Origin: a virus
Lineage: Duplodnaviria > Heunggongvirae > Uroviricota > Caudoviricetes
Direction: 5' to 3' (one strand)
Virus record (IMG/VR): IMGVR_UViG_2645727555_000014
Length of the DNA: 23,702 bases
Position numbers and translations under genes: made by a program. Every line of letters begins with the position of its first letter. Position 1 is the stretch's first letter. Of this stretch, positions 7,823-15,087 are shown piece by piece. The notes beneath the pieces were generated by a model. That model was not told the DNA's origin. It did not search any database and saw only the letters and a program-made list of their open reading frames with translations.

Positions 7823-8551
7823 ATGAATACAGATTCATCAACAGAAAAATTGACTGAAAATGATCTAATCAAAGTATCTTTTGGAGATGCCATAAAAGAC
7901 AAGCTTTTTAATAAAGTGTTTGCATATATATTAATTTCTTTTCTAATTATTAATTGGAAAGATATACTAATATTGATGAAGTCAAAGGATGATATCCTAT
8001 ATACTTTATCTGTAACATTTGTTGGAGGTAAGATTCCTCTAGTTTATGAAGGCGTTTTGTCTCCTTGGCTTTATCATTTTTGCTTGCCATTTATTTTTGG
8101 AATTATTGCATCAATTGCAGCTCCGATTGTCACTCTTTGCGTATCAAAGCTAACAAGTAAAATATATACAGAGATAAGGTATTTGGATGCCGACATGGAT
8201 CAAAATAAAAGAAAGGCGTTGCAAATAAAAGAGACTGAAATAATAAAAAGTATTAATGATACACAATTCAACAAAAGAATTATGGATGAAAATAAAAATG
8301 AACTTGAGAGATTGCTTAGGCAGCAAAAAGAGATTATGGCGGCAATAAAGTTATTATATGATGATGTTGGAGTTATCATTGAGCTTTTTAAAAGTAGAGG
8401 GGTTGGTATTGACTCCCCAGAAAAGTTATATGATTTTGTAATGGCAATAAAGAAGACTTCGCTTTATAATGGCGATCATGATTTTAATAAATTGGTTGCT
8501 GATATTTCAAATTTATTTGATAAAACGGAAATTGATTTTTCAAAAAGATGA
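7823..8551 (+). CDS. hypothetical membrane protein: two predicted TM helices followed by a long charged coiled-coil-like C-terminal region
   Basis: 242 aa; hydrophobic segments VFAYILISFLIINW and LYHFCLPFIFGIIASIAAPIVTLCV, then a K/E/D-rich region (...KRKALQIKETEIIKSINDTQFNKRIMDENKNELERLLRQQKEIMAAIKLL...). Gene is visibly AT-rich relative to flanks. No family recognised. Confidence 0.65.
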   Translation: MNTDSSTEKLTENDLIKVSFGDAIKDKLFNKVFAYILISFLIINWKDILILMKSKDDILYTLSVTFVGGKIPLVYEGVLSPWLYHFCLPFIFGIIASIAAPIVTLCVSKLTSKIYTEIRYLDADMDQNKRKALQIKETEIIKSINDTQFNKRIMDENKNELERLLRQQKEIMAAIKLLYDDVGVIIELFKSRGVGIDSPEKLYDFVMAIKKTSLYNGDHDFNKLVADISNLFDKTEIDFSKR

Positions 8552-8552
8552 A

Positions 8553-8575
8553 AGCCTAGCCTAGGCAGCTAGGCT
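8553..8575. terminator. hairpin between convergent genes (probable terminator for the minus-strand gene)
   Basis: 8-bp stem agcctagc / gctaggct with a 7-nt loop. On the minus strand it is followed by TTCATCTTTTTG. Confidence 0.45.
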
Positions 8576-8584
8576 ATGTGTGGT

Positions 8585-9778
8585 TTATGCTTTTTTTACA
8601 TACTCCATGAACATTTTTTCAGCTTGTGCTGGTGGTGTTCCAGCCATGACAAGCGCATCAATGAACGCCTGCTTCTTCAGTGCGAACTGATCGGCAAGGC
8701 GTTGCTGAAGCTCCTTGTTTTTCTGTTTCTCACGTTGCAAGGCCGCTTCTTTTGCTGCCGCCCGTCTTTTCTGTGCGTCTGACAACTTTCTGGCCTTGGT
8801 CAATTGGTCACGTAGTTTGTCGATCTTGCCGTTGTCCTTTGCCAGTTTTGTACTTAAAGCGGCCTGGCGCTTCTGATAGAGCCTCCATTCGCGCTTGGCA
8901 GCGTCAACGTTTGTTTTACTGTTGCGATTGCGATTAAACTCCCTCTCGTCTTCTTTTGAGAAGTGTTTGGTTGTACGGCGGCGATCGTCACCAAATGCAA
9001 TTTGCGTTGCGGCCTTTTGTAACGCACGAGCAATACTCATTTGCCAACTAGCGGACTGTAACCGCGTCATTGAGTGGATCACGTGTTTACAGGCGACGCC
9101 TTGTAGCTTAGGGTTACGAACTTTTGGATAGGCGTATTCTTTTGGCGGGGTCAGGGCAAAGTTACCCGCAGTAGCGATGTAACGATACCAGTATTGATGA
9201 CGACCACAGTCACAATCGAAAGACACCCGCCCGGCGCACAGTGATTTAGTGATTTTCAGAGCTGATTTATCGTCTTCTGCGATGTCATCGACCATCTGAT
9301 CCCATTCTTCAAAGCGTATCCGGACGATATGGTGCTGGTGGACGGATATATCCGATGCTTCTACGCGGATATTAATCACGTTGTGGCGAAGAGATACGGG
9401 TGTAGCTCTTTTGATACCAGATCCGTCATCCACGGCGTTATTTGCACGCTTAATATCGATTGCCTGGCTGGATGCCACCAGCTGGGCGTATGTGATGCCA
9501 GCCGTCTTGCTGTCATATTTTTCGCGTGTTTTACTCCGTAGCTTTTCGAAACCTTTCAGGTCGTCTCGCGTGAAGAACGTGCCGCCTTTTTTCTTCCCTA
9601 ACTTGAGAATATCTTCGGCGGATTTGTTCCTCAGTCTACCTGGCGTCAGCGTCCGGTGAGCTTGTCGGCGCTTACGGGTTTGTTCTTTCCTGATAAGGTC
9701 GAATAAACGCGTGAAGTCCTTAGAGGACAGGCCGTCAGTGATATAGCGCCCGTCCTGGTTTTTCAGGAAATCAGGCAT
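8585..9778 (-). CDS. hypothetical phage protein with SWIM-like zinc-finger signature and Lys/Arg-rich coiled-coil C-terminus
   Basis: 397 aa. FDCDCGRHQYWYRYI...VACKHVIHS gives a C-x-C-x(n)-C-x-H spacing. C-terminal ~100 aa strongly basic and heptad-like (KREWRLYQKRQAALSTKLAKDNGKIDKLRDQLTKARKLSDAQKRRAAAKEAALQREKQKNKELQQRL). Confidence 0.55.
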   Translation of the reverse strand: MPDFLKNQDGRYITDGLSSKDFTRLFDLIRKEQTRKRRQAHRTLTPGRLRNKSAEDILKLGKKKGGTFFTRDDLKGFEKLRSKTREKYDSKTAGITYAQLVASSQAIDIKRANNAVDDGSGIKRATPVSLRHNVINIRVEASDISVHQHHIVRIRFEEWDQMVDDIAEDDKSALKITKSLCAGRVSFDCDCGRHQYWYRYIATAGNFALTPPKEYAYPKVRNPKLQGVACKHVIHSMTRLQSASWQMSIARALQKAATQIAFGDDRRRTTKHFSKEDEREFNRNRNSKTNVDAAKREWRLYQKRQAALSTKLAKDNGKIDKLRDQLTKARKLSDAQKRRAAAKEAALQREKQKNKELQQRLADQFALKKQAFIDALVMAGTPPAQAEKMFMEYVKKA

Positions 9779-10100
9779 TTTCTATCTCCGGTTCCGCGCT
9801 CGCGTAATCACGGATCTTGTTCCTCAGCCATGCCACATCAGGAAGAGTTAACGTGGTCCCAGCGGGCATTTCTTCCATTTCTGACTCATGGCCCACCAGC
9901 ACCCGGAATACCCAGCGCAAATCTGCATTGCCATACGCCCTGTAGGCTGCAAGGTCTGAACGATATACTTCATCAATCTTTATCGTGTACTGGAAATTAT
10001 CAGAGTGATACTCCGATACCCGCTTAATCATTTCCTGGTGAAACAGCGCACGAAAAATATCGTCTTCAATGTACCTATCGTCGAGTCTGCTATAGCCCAT
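9771..10100 (-). CDS. hypothetical phage protein (109 aa)
   Basis: ATG at 10100 preceded by GAGG. Its 3' end overlaps the start of the downstream gene by 8 nt. No family recognised. Confidence 0.55.
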   Translation of the reverse strand: MGYSRLDDRYIEDDIFRALFHQEMIKRVSEYHSDNFQYTIKIDEVYRSDLAAYRAYGNADLRWVFRVLVGHESEMEEMPAGTTLTLPDVAWLRNKIRDYASAEPEIENA

Positions 10101-10293
10101 AACAAAGCCTCTCAGTCATAACCTGGGGGAAACTGTATGCAGGGTGTGAAATGCGAGAAACAGACAGGCCACCAGTTCAGGGGGATGGGGTTCATAAATC
10201 CCCTCACTGGTGACAAGTGACTTTCATTAATCTTTATGCGGGGGCCAGCTTCATTTGCTGGCATTAGATTAAAAATCAAACGGAGTAAATGAC

Positions 10294-10428
10294 ATGGATG
10301 TTATCTTCGAATTATTAATGCTAATTGATCTGTTTATGAACGCTTCATTGACCACTCAAATACTCGCGTCAATATTTTTGTTACTCTTCTACCTTGTATT
10401 GAGGGAGTTAACAAAGCTACTAATGTGA
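10294..10428 (+). CDS. possible small hydrophobic peptide (44 aa)
   Basis: Below the ORF-track size cutoff; found by eye. GGAG 9 nt upstream of ATG. Product MDVIFELLMLIDLFMNASLTTQILASIFLLLFYLVLRELTKLLM is almost entirely hydrophobic. Ends at the stop of the convergent gene 10429-11082. Could be spurious. Confidence 0.3.
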   Translation: MDVIFELLMLIDLFMNASLTTQILASIFLLLFYLVLRELTKLLM

Positions 10429-11082
10429 TCAAAGTATCACGGTATCTTCATCAACTTCTTTCCCAGCCAGTGACTTTGGCTGGGAGGTGCCTGCTTTAAC
10501 TTTTTCATGCCCAATAATGGACAGGAACGAAGCGAGTATGCCTGTTTTTTGTTCTTTCTCGACTGTACCGGTCATCTGCTCTACGTAATCCGCACTGGCA
10601 ACGTTGTGGTATACGGTCGCGTAGCAACACAGGATCATCAGAATATGCTCCGGCCTGATGTCCTGCCAGTTCACCCGGTAGACTTCTTCTCCGTTACCGT
10701 TGTATTCGGTGTCAACGATGGAGTCGGGGATTTCGAAAGCACCTTTGTTATTTTGCGGCAGGGATAATAGCTTCTGGAGTTTTAGCTCTCTGTATCTTTC
10801 CATCCCGACGATGATTGCTGCTCTGCCATCGGCATGACGGGTCTTGAGAGTCACCTGGCTTGCTCCGGTGCCAGCGGAGATCGTTGGCGTAATTTCGTCT
10901 ACTAGAACCTTAAATTTGCTTTTCCGCAGGGCTGCTATAGCTGGAGGAATTTTTTGCTTTTGCTCCAATGCTGACGCGGGAAGGGGTTTTACTTCGTTAA
11001 TAATGAGAGCACCGTCTTTCAGTATTGCAGTGAGCATTTGAGGCTTGCTGGTGGTCAGGCTGAATATTGCGATCTTTTCCAT
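10429..11082 (-). CDS. hypothetical phage protein (217 aa)
   Basis: Start set at ATG 11082 (MEKIAIFSL...) with GGAGG about 7 nt upstream, rather than the ORF-track start at 11124. No family recognised. Confidence 0.55.
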   Translation of the reverse strand: MEKIAIFSLTTSKPQMLTAILKDGALIINEVKPLPASALEQKQKIPPAIAALRKSKFKVLVDEITPTISAGTGASQVTLKTRHADGRAAIIVGMERYRELKLQKLLSLPQNNKGAFEIPDSIVDTEYNGNGEEVYRVNWQDIRPEHILMILCCYATVYHNVASADYVEQMTGTVEKEQKTGILASFLSIIGHEKVKAGTSQPKSLAGKEVDEDTVIL

Positions 11083-11427
11083 TGTCCTTCCTCCACGGAT
11101 GACGGATACAAAAAAAGGCCGCACATGGCGGCCTGCTTTGGCGTTATGACTCCCTACCGCGCTTCGGCTGAAAGTTAATCGTCAAAAGAACCTTCAACGG
11201 GAGCCGTTAGCGCGATGGATTATGTGCAGTTTGTGATTTCCAAAATAGTGTCAACCACTTTTTATGGATTTTATTTTTTGACCGAAATTTGGCCTAAATC
11301 ATGTTGATTTGGCTGATTATTTTTATAACATAAAAGTCATTTTGATTGCATGAAGGACGGTGCAGTGAAGTTAAGGGTTTTAGGGACCGCGCTCGCGGCT
11401 AAGATGGTAAAGTATGGAGTTAATGAA

Positions 11428-12261
11428 ATGTTTTTTATAAAAAATGGAAAAAGATGTTCCTCAACAATACTTGCTACTGTTGTTGCTCTCTCTGTTCCCA
11501 CATTTGCCTTTGCTTATGATTTTAGCAAAATTGACTGCAATGCCCCTAAAACCAGACAGATGTTAATCGATGATTATAATGAACTGCTGAAGGACGATCA
11601 GGAAGCAATCTCTGTAATTGATGCTTATAATCAGATCAATGAGATAAGAGAAAAAAATAAGCTCCAATGCCTGGGAACGTATGAATTCTCAGATGGAAGT
11701 GCGCTTAGGGTTAGATATAAGTTATATTTAAATAGCCTCGGCACACCCATATATGAATTTGCTCCAGTTGAGGAATTAACGCAAGATGATGTAAGCGCAT
11801 CTATTCATAATTCCCCTGCAACTCCTGCAAGCATGGCTGGACATGATAAAAAAAATAATGGTGAAACGTATGCCTGTAAGGTGGCTGTAACTTACAAGGG
11901 GGAGCGTTCTAACTATATGGGGGATTCCGGAACATGGGATCGTGTGATTACTGACTATGGCACTTATTTTTCATGGGATTTGCCACGCGGAAACCGAGGC
12001 AACAGCACAGGTCAGGATGCTTTTAGTGGCATGGACGAATCAAAGCCTGTATTAGAAAATCAGCTAGTGAGAAAGGAAACTGAAAAAGATGGTAGCGTGG
12101 TTGATGAATTTAGGACTGATGTAAGTTATGGGGAAAAACAACCAGTTCATAAGTTTGTATATGCTCGTAGAATAAAACCTACAGGCATGAGAGAGTATTA
12201 TGTTACGGATTTAACAGACAAGCGGGCGTTTATGTTTCTGAATTGTCAGAGAGATTCGTGA
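11428..12261 (+). CDS. exported hypothetical protein (signal peptide, four Cys), AT-rich moron
   Basis: Start set at ATG 11428 (GGAG upstream) giving MFFIKNGKRCSSTILATVVALSVPTFAFA-YDF: a classic n/h/c signal peptide with AFA cleavage motif. Mature protein has 4 Cys. Gene and upstream region visibly AT-rich. Confidence 0.65.
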   Translation: MFFIKNGKRCSSTILATVVALSVPTFAFAYDFSKIDCNAPKTRQMLIDDYNELLKDDQEAISVIDAYNQINEIREKNKLQCLGTYEFSDGSALRVRYKLYLNSLGTPIYEFAPVEELTQDDVSASIHNSPATPASMAGHDKKNNGETYACKVAVTYKGERSNYMGDSGTWDRVITDYGTYFSWDLPRGNRGNSTGQDAFSGMDESKPVLENQLVRKETEKDGSVVDEFRTDVSYGEKQPVHKFVYARRIKPTGMREYYVTDLTDKRAFMFLNCQRDS

Positions 12262-12268
12262 TTGACAT

Positions 12269-12297
12269 AGCAGGCTTACTATTAAGCCTGCTTTTTG
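12269..12297. terminator. bidirectional rho-independent terminator between convergent genes
   Basis: 10-bp perfect stem agcaggctta / taagcctgct with loop ctat, followed by a T-run (12293-12296). Confidence 0.8.
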
Positions 12298-12300
12298 GCT

Positions 12301-12660
12301 TTACTCGGTAATAGTTTTGCAGTTGTTTTGATTTAATGACAATCCTAGCTTGCTAGCAGCCAACTCATTTTCTGTGTGAGAACCAGCAAAAATGAAGCCT
12401 TGTTTTATCTTATTTACGGTGAAATATTTATTATACATGAACGCCCAGATAAATGAGGCAATCCACGGGCCAATTCCGGCTGTGAGGAATGCCAGTATCA
12501 GCATCACTACAAATACCCCAATAAAAGTTATAAAGTCTTTCCTGAACAAAGCTGGAAAAGCACCAAACAAGAATGTAGTCCAGGAAAAACCATAAAAACC
12601 GGTGATTGATTCGCCAGTTTGAGGGTTTTCAAGTTTAATTTTAGTAGCCACGATTACCAT
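12301..12660 (-). CDS. small inner-membrane protein (two to three predicted TM helices)
   Basis: 119 aa; hydrophobic segments FSWTTFLFGAFPALF, FIGVFVVMLILAFLTAGIGPWIASFIWAFMY. Start may be ATG 12660 or the GTG three codons downstream. Family not identified with certainty. Confidence 0.55.
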   Translation of the reverse strand: MVIVATKIKLENPQTGESITGFYGFSWTTFLFGAFPALFRKDFITFIGVFVVMLILAFLTAGIGPWIASFIWAFMYNKYFTVNKIKQGFIFAGSHTENELAASKLGLSLNQNNCKTITE

Positions 12661-12796
12661 CCTTTTACATAAAAAACATAGAGTTATAGTGCTGTGTGAG
12701 ATTCTAATGTTACTAATTTACACTTTGTAATGCAATTAAATAACTTTAGGCAGTGGAAGTAACTATTCGTGGCAGACTATCGTTAAGATCTTTCAA

Positions 12797-13081
12797 TTAT
12801 GGTTGCTGTAAGTGGAGGGGAACAGCCTGTTCTATCATCTCGCGTATCAAGCCAACTTCAAGTAGTTCCTCGTATTCCCAGTATCTGTTTGTCACCAGAT
12901 CCAGGCTGGCTATGACCTTGTGCCGGTCATTCGGCATAGCCAATTTTTCTGCTATAACCATCAGTGAAAACTCTTCATCCAGTAGAATTTGATAGCAGTT
13001 TTTTGATAGTTCCACTTCCCTTATGAGACTGAAACGTCGCTGGATTGTGGCAGCAGAGTAAGTGAAATCTATTTTCTTCAT
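12797..13081 (-). CDS. hypothetical protein (94 aa)
   Basis: ORF-track M corresponds to a TTG codon at 13081 with no clear SD; first in-frame ATG is ~40 codons in. Real start uncertain. Confidence 0.35.
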   Translation of the reverse strand: MKKIDFTYSAATIQRRFSLIREVELSKNCYQILLDEEFSLMVIAEKLAMPNDRHKVIASLDLVTNRYWEYEELLEVGLIREMIEQAVPLHLQQP

Positions 13082-13113
13082 CGTGCGGAGAATCCGGTTA
13101 TTTAGTAGTTAAA

Positions 13114-13133
13114 GCCCCGGACAGGCCGGGGCA
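13114..13133 (-). terminator. GC-rich hairpin downstream of the antirepressor gene
   Basis: Stem gccccgg / ccggggc with a 5-nt loop. On the minus strand it is followed by TTTAACT (a weak U-tract). Confidence 0.4.
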
Positions 13134-13140
13134 ACAGTAA

Positions 13141-14082
13141 TTAACTAACAATCCAGTCCGTAGCAACAACATCCTCTGGAGCTAAATCAATCGCATGGAT
13201 TTTCCCATCCCGGATAGTGCGCCAGTGCTTTCGTGATCCACCTTCGGGCCACACCCATACACCTTCAGGCCAGGATGCTCGACGGCATACGATTGCATAG
13301 CCTGTTTTAATCCTCTCTCTGGCGGTATGCAACGACAGGTTTGCCTTTGGACTTTCAGGCACAGGATGGTGGATTGCCTGAAACATCCCCATCTTTGGAT
13401 GATACCAGCGTTTATTGCGTGGTTCTGCCTCCGACATCACCTGCTTAAAGGCTTTCCGGAAGGGGGCCAGGGCCACAATGGAGCGTCGCGCAAGCAAACC
13501 ATCGGGAGTTAAAAACTCATGCGTATCGGTGGGAATCCGGTAAGCGTTGACCAGGTTGCGGCATTTGGCTTCAGTCAGGCCACATTTCGCCGCCAGCTGG
13601 CGGTAGCCAATGTAGCCTTCCGGAATATTGCCTTTCTTTATTTGCTCGAGTGTTTCAGCGACCATCGATACTTGTGCTGATACCTCGGCTACCTGGGCAT
13701 TTACGGCGTTGATCCGGCGTTCATGCTCAAGATGCATTTGCGCCATTTCAGCCAGGATTTCGGCTTTTGATTTTAACTGTACCCGGGCATTCTCCAGTTC
13801 GCGCCAGCGGTCCACCAGCCGGGCGGTAAATTCGGGAGAGAGCTGCGCGACGACGACAATACTATCGCGCTTGCCTTGTTCGCCTTCGAAGACGTAAGCC
13901 TCGACACTACGGCGTAGTCCTAAATTATTGATTTTTTCGAAAACCTCAATTTGAGGAAATCGGACAACGCCGCCTTTGGCTAATGTCTCAATAGTGCGTT
14001 TCACATTGTCATGACGCTTACCTACCAGTTCTGCGATCTCAATACTGGTCATTGTCGCTTTGCGAGAGATGGGCAGATTCAT
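13141..14082 (-). CDS. phage antirepressor, Rha family N-terminal domain with C-terminal extension
   Basis: 313 aa; N-terminal TMTSIEIAELVGKRHDNVKRTIETL matches the phage regulatory protein Rha family signature as I recall it. GGAGG SD; ATG overlaps the stop of the upstream small ORF (TGATG). Confidence 0.8.
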   Translation of the reverse strand: MNLPISRKATMTSIEIAELVGKRHDNVKRTIETLAKGGVVRFPQIEVFEKINNLGLRRSVEAYVFEGEQGKRDSIVVVAQLSPEFTARLVDRWRELENARVQLKSKAEILAEMAQMHLEHERRINAVNAQVAEVSAQVSMVAETLEQIKKGNIPEGYIGYRQLAAKCGLTEAKCRNLVNAYRIPTDTHEFLTPDGLLARRSIVALAPFRKAFKQVMSEAEPRNKRWYHPKMGMFQAIHHPVPESPKANLSLHTARERIKTGYAIVCRRASWPEGVWVWPEGGSRKHWRTIRDGKIHAIDLAPEDVVATDWIVS

Positions 14083-14297
14083 CAGTGTACCTCCACGCAG
14101 TTCATCGGCAGATTCCAGTAATTGAGGATCTCCATCGCATCAAGAGTGAAGCGAGCAGCAAAAATGCAGGGTTCTTCGGGAAGGTATGAGCGCGCTTCTG
14201 CTTCGGTTGCAGCCATGACGTAGATATACAGGTGTTTTTGGCAGGAATAGAAACGCCAGATGAATTCAGAATGAGTTGGGGTAGGGATAGTAGCCAT
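14082..14297 (-). CDS. small hypothetical protein (71 aa), first gene of the antirepressor operon
   Basis: Strong AAAGGAGG SD 8 nt upstream of ATG 14297; translationally coupled to the Rha-family gene. Confidence 0.55.
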   Translation of the reverse strand: MATIPTPTHSEFIWRFYSCQKHLYIYVMAATEAEARSYLPEEPCIFAARFTLDAMEILNYWNLPMNCVEVH

Positions 14298-14455
14298 ATT
14301 GGCAGCCTCCTTTGACTGTGAACGATACCACCGCCGAAGAGACCAATCTTACTGGCGGTGGACTGTGTGGAGTTGGTCTTACCGGCGTCAAAGGGAACCG
14401 GCGCTTCCGAAGAAGCCACCACACAGCCCACCATTGATAGGCGTGCGAGTGCGCC
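14298..14455 (-). promoter_or_regulatory. highly structured leader / candidate regulatory RNA upstream of the antirepressor operon
   Basis: On the transcribed (minus) strand: 13/14-bp long-range helix (14357-14370 with 14419-14432), GCUUC-UUCG-GAAGC hairpin (14403-14416), an 8-bp stem ccaccgcc/ggcggtgg (14328-14335 / 14354-14361) that competes with the long helix, and GAUUGGUCUC in the loop of that stem. Confidence 0.35.
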
Positions 14456-14460
14456 GACAA

Positions 14461-14483
14461 CAAAAAAGACGCTTGTGGCGTCT
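14461..14483 (-). terminator. rho-independent terminator (minus strand)
   Basis: Minus strand reads AGACGC-cacaa-GCGTCT followed by TTTTTTG. About 105 nt downstream of the small minus-strand gene ending at 14589. Confidence 0.5.
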
Positions 14484-14588
14484 ATGTGTCGCCTTTGACA
14501 TTACCGGGAGACCAATCCCGGCACCCGTTTTTCTAAGGTGCCGTAGAAATATACCCCACGATAATGCCAGGGCGCAACAGTCAGTATT

Positions 14589-14756
14589 TTATGCTTTGGC
14601 GGATTTCTTCCGGGCTTGCTTGCAGGCGTAGGCCATTGCTTTAGCTTTCACTTCATCCAGCTTCCCGGTGATCACTTCTTTTCCGAGAGTGACAAACCAG
14701 TCATAGCAACCGCCAGTAATGTTCTTGATTTGAAAGTTGAGGTAGCGAACAGTCAT
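14589..14756 (-). CDS. small hypothetical protein (55 aa)
   Basis: Below the ORF-track size cutoff; found by eye. GGGGGTG SD about 7 nt upstream of ATG 14756, stop TAA at 14589-14591. Product MTVRYLNFQIKNITGGCYDWFVTLGKEVITGKLDEVKAKAMAYACKQARKKSAKA. Confidence 0.45.
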   Translation of the reverse strand: MTVRYLNFQIKNITGGCYDWFVTLGKEVITGKLDEVKAKAMAYACKQARKKSAKA

Positions 14757-14887
14757 TTTGACACCCCCAGCGCGAGTAAAGAATGCAGATTATCGCGTGA
14801 GTGGTGGACGACGAGTGATGGGAAAAGACTGTAGCTGTTCATAGTGTTGTGACTCCTTGCTTTCGGAGCCGCCATCGACTGTTCCAC

Positions 14888-14980
14888 GGTCTGGCGGCGG
14901 CGCAATAAAGGCTGGAACACCGTGAGTCAACGGGGGCTTTTCAGCCACCTATATTGCACCGCCATAGGTCTGGCGGCGGC
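14888..14980. repeat. two copies of a 14-bp direct repeat GGTCTGGCGGCGGC (each followed by CAATAA-like sequence) in a ~250-bp non-coding region
   Basis: Exact copies at 14888-14901 and 14967-14980, spacing 79 bp. No ORF of significant length on either strand in 14843-15087. Confidence 0.6.
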
Positions 14981-15087
14981 AATAATACGAAAAACTAAAC
15001 AGTTTGTCTCAAAAAGTTGACCGGTGTGCCAATCAGTAGTGAATGTACATCGGAGAAATTTACAATTCAACTTAAAATGTTAGAAAA

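Noticed and set aside
8553-8575. Palindromic cctagg-containing hairpin as a restriction-site cluster or att site
   Set aside because: A single short hairpin between convergent genes is most simply a terminator; no flanking repeats to suggest an attachment site.
14102-14631. ORFs 14102-14434 (-), 14266-14463 (-) and 14299-14631 (+)
   Set aside because: They overlap one another and the dense hairpin/terminator structures, have no SD, and give Pro/Arg/Trp-rich translations; the region is better explained as non-coding structured sequence.
14888-14980. Possible CRISPR array
   Set aside because: Only two copies of a 14-bp repeat with a 65-bp interval, no further repeats and no cas genes; not a CRISPR array.
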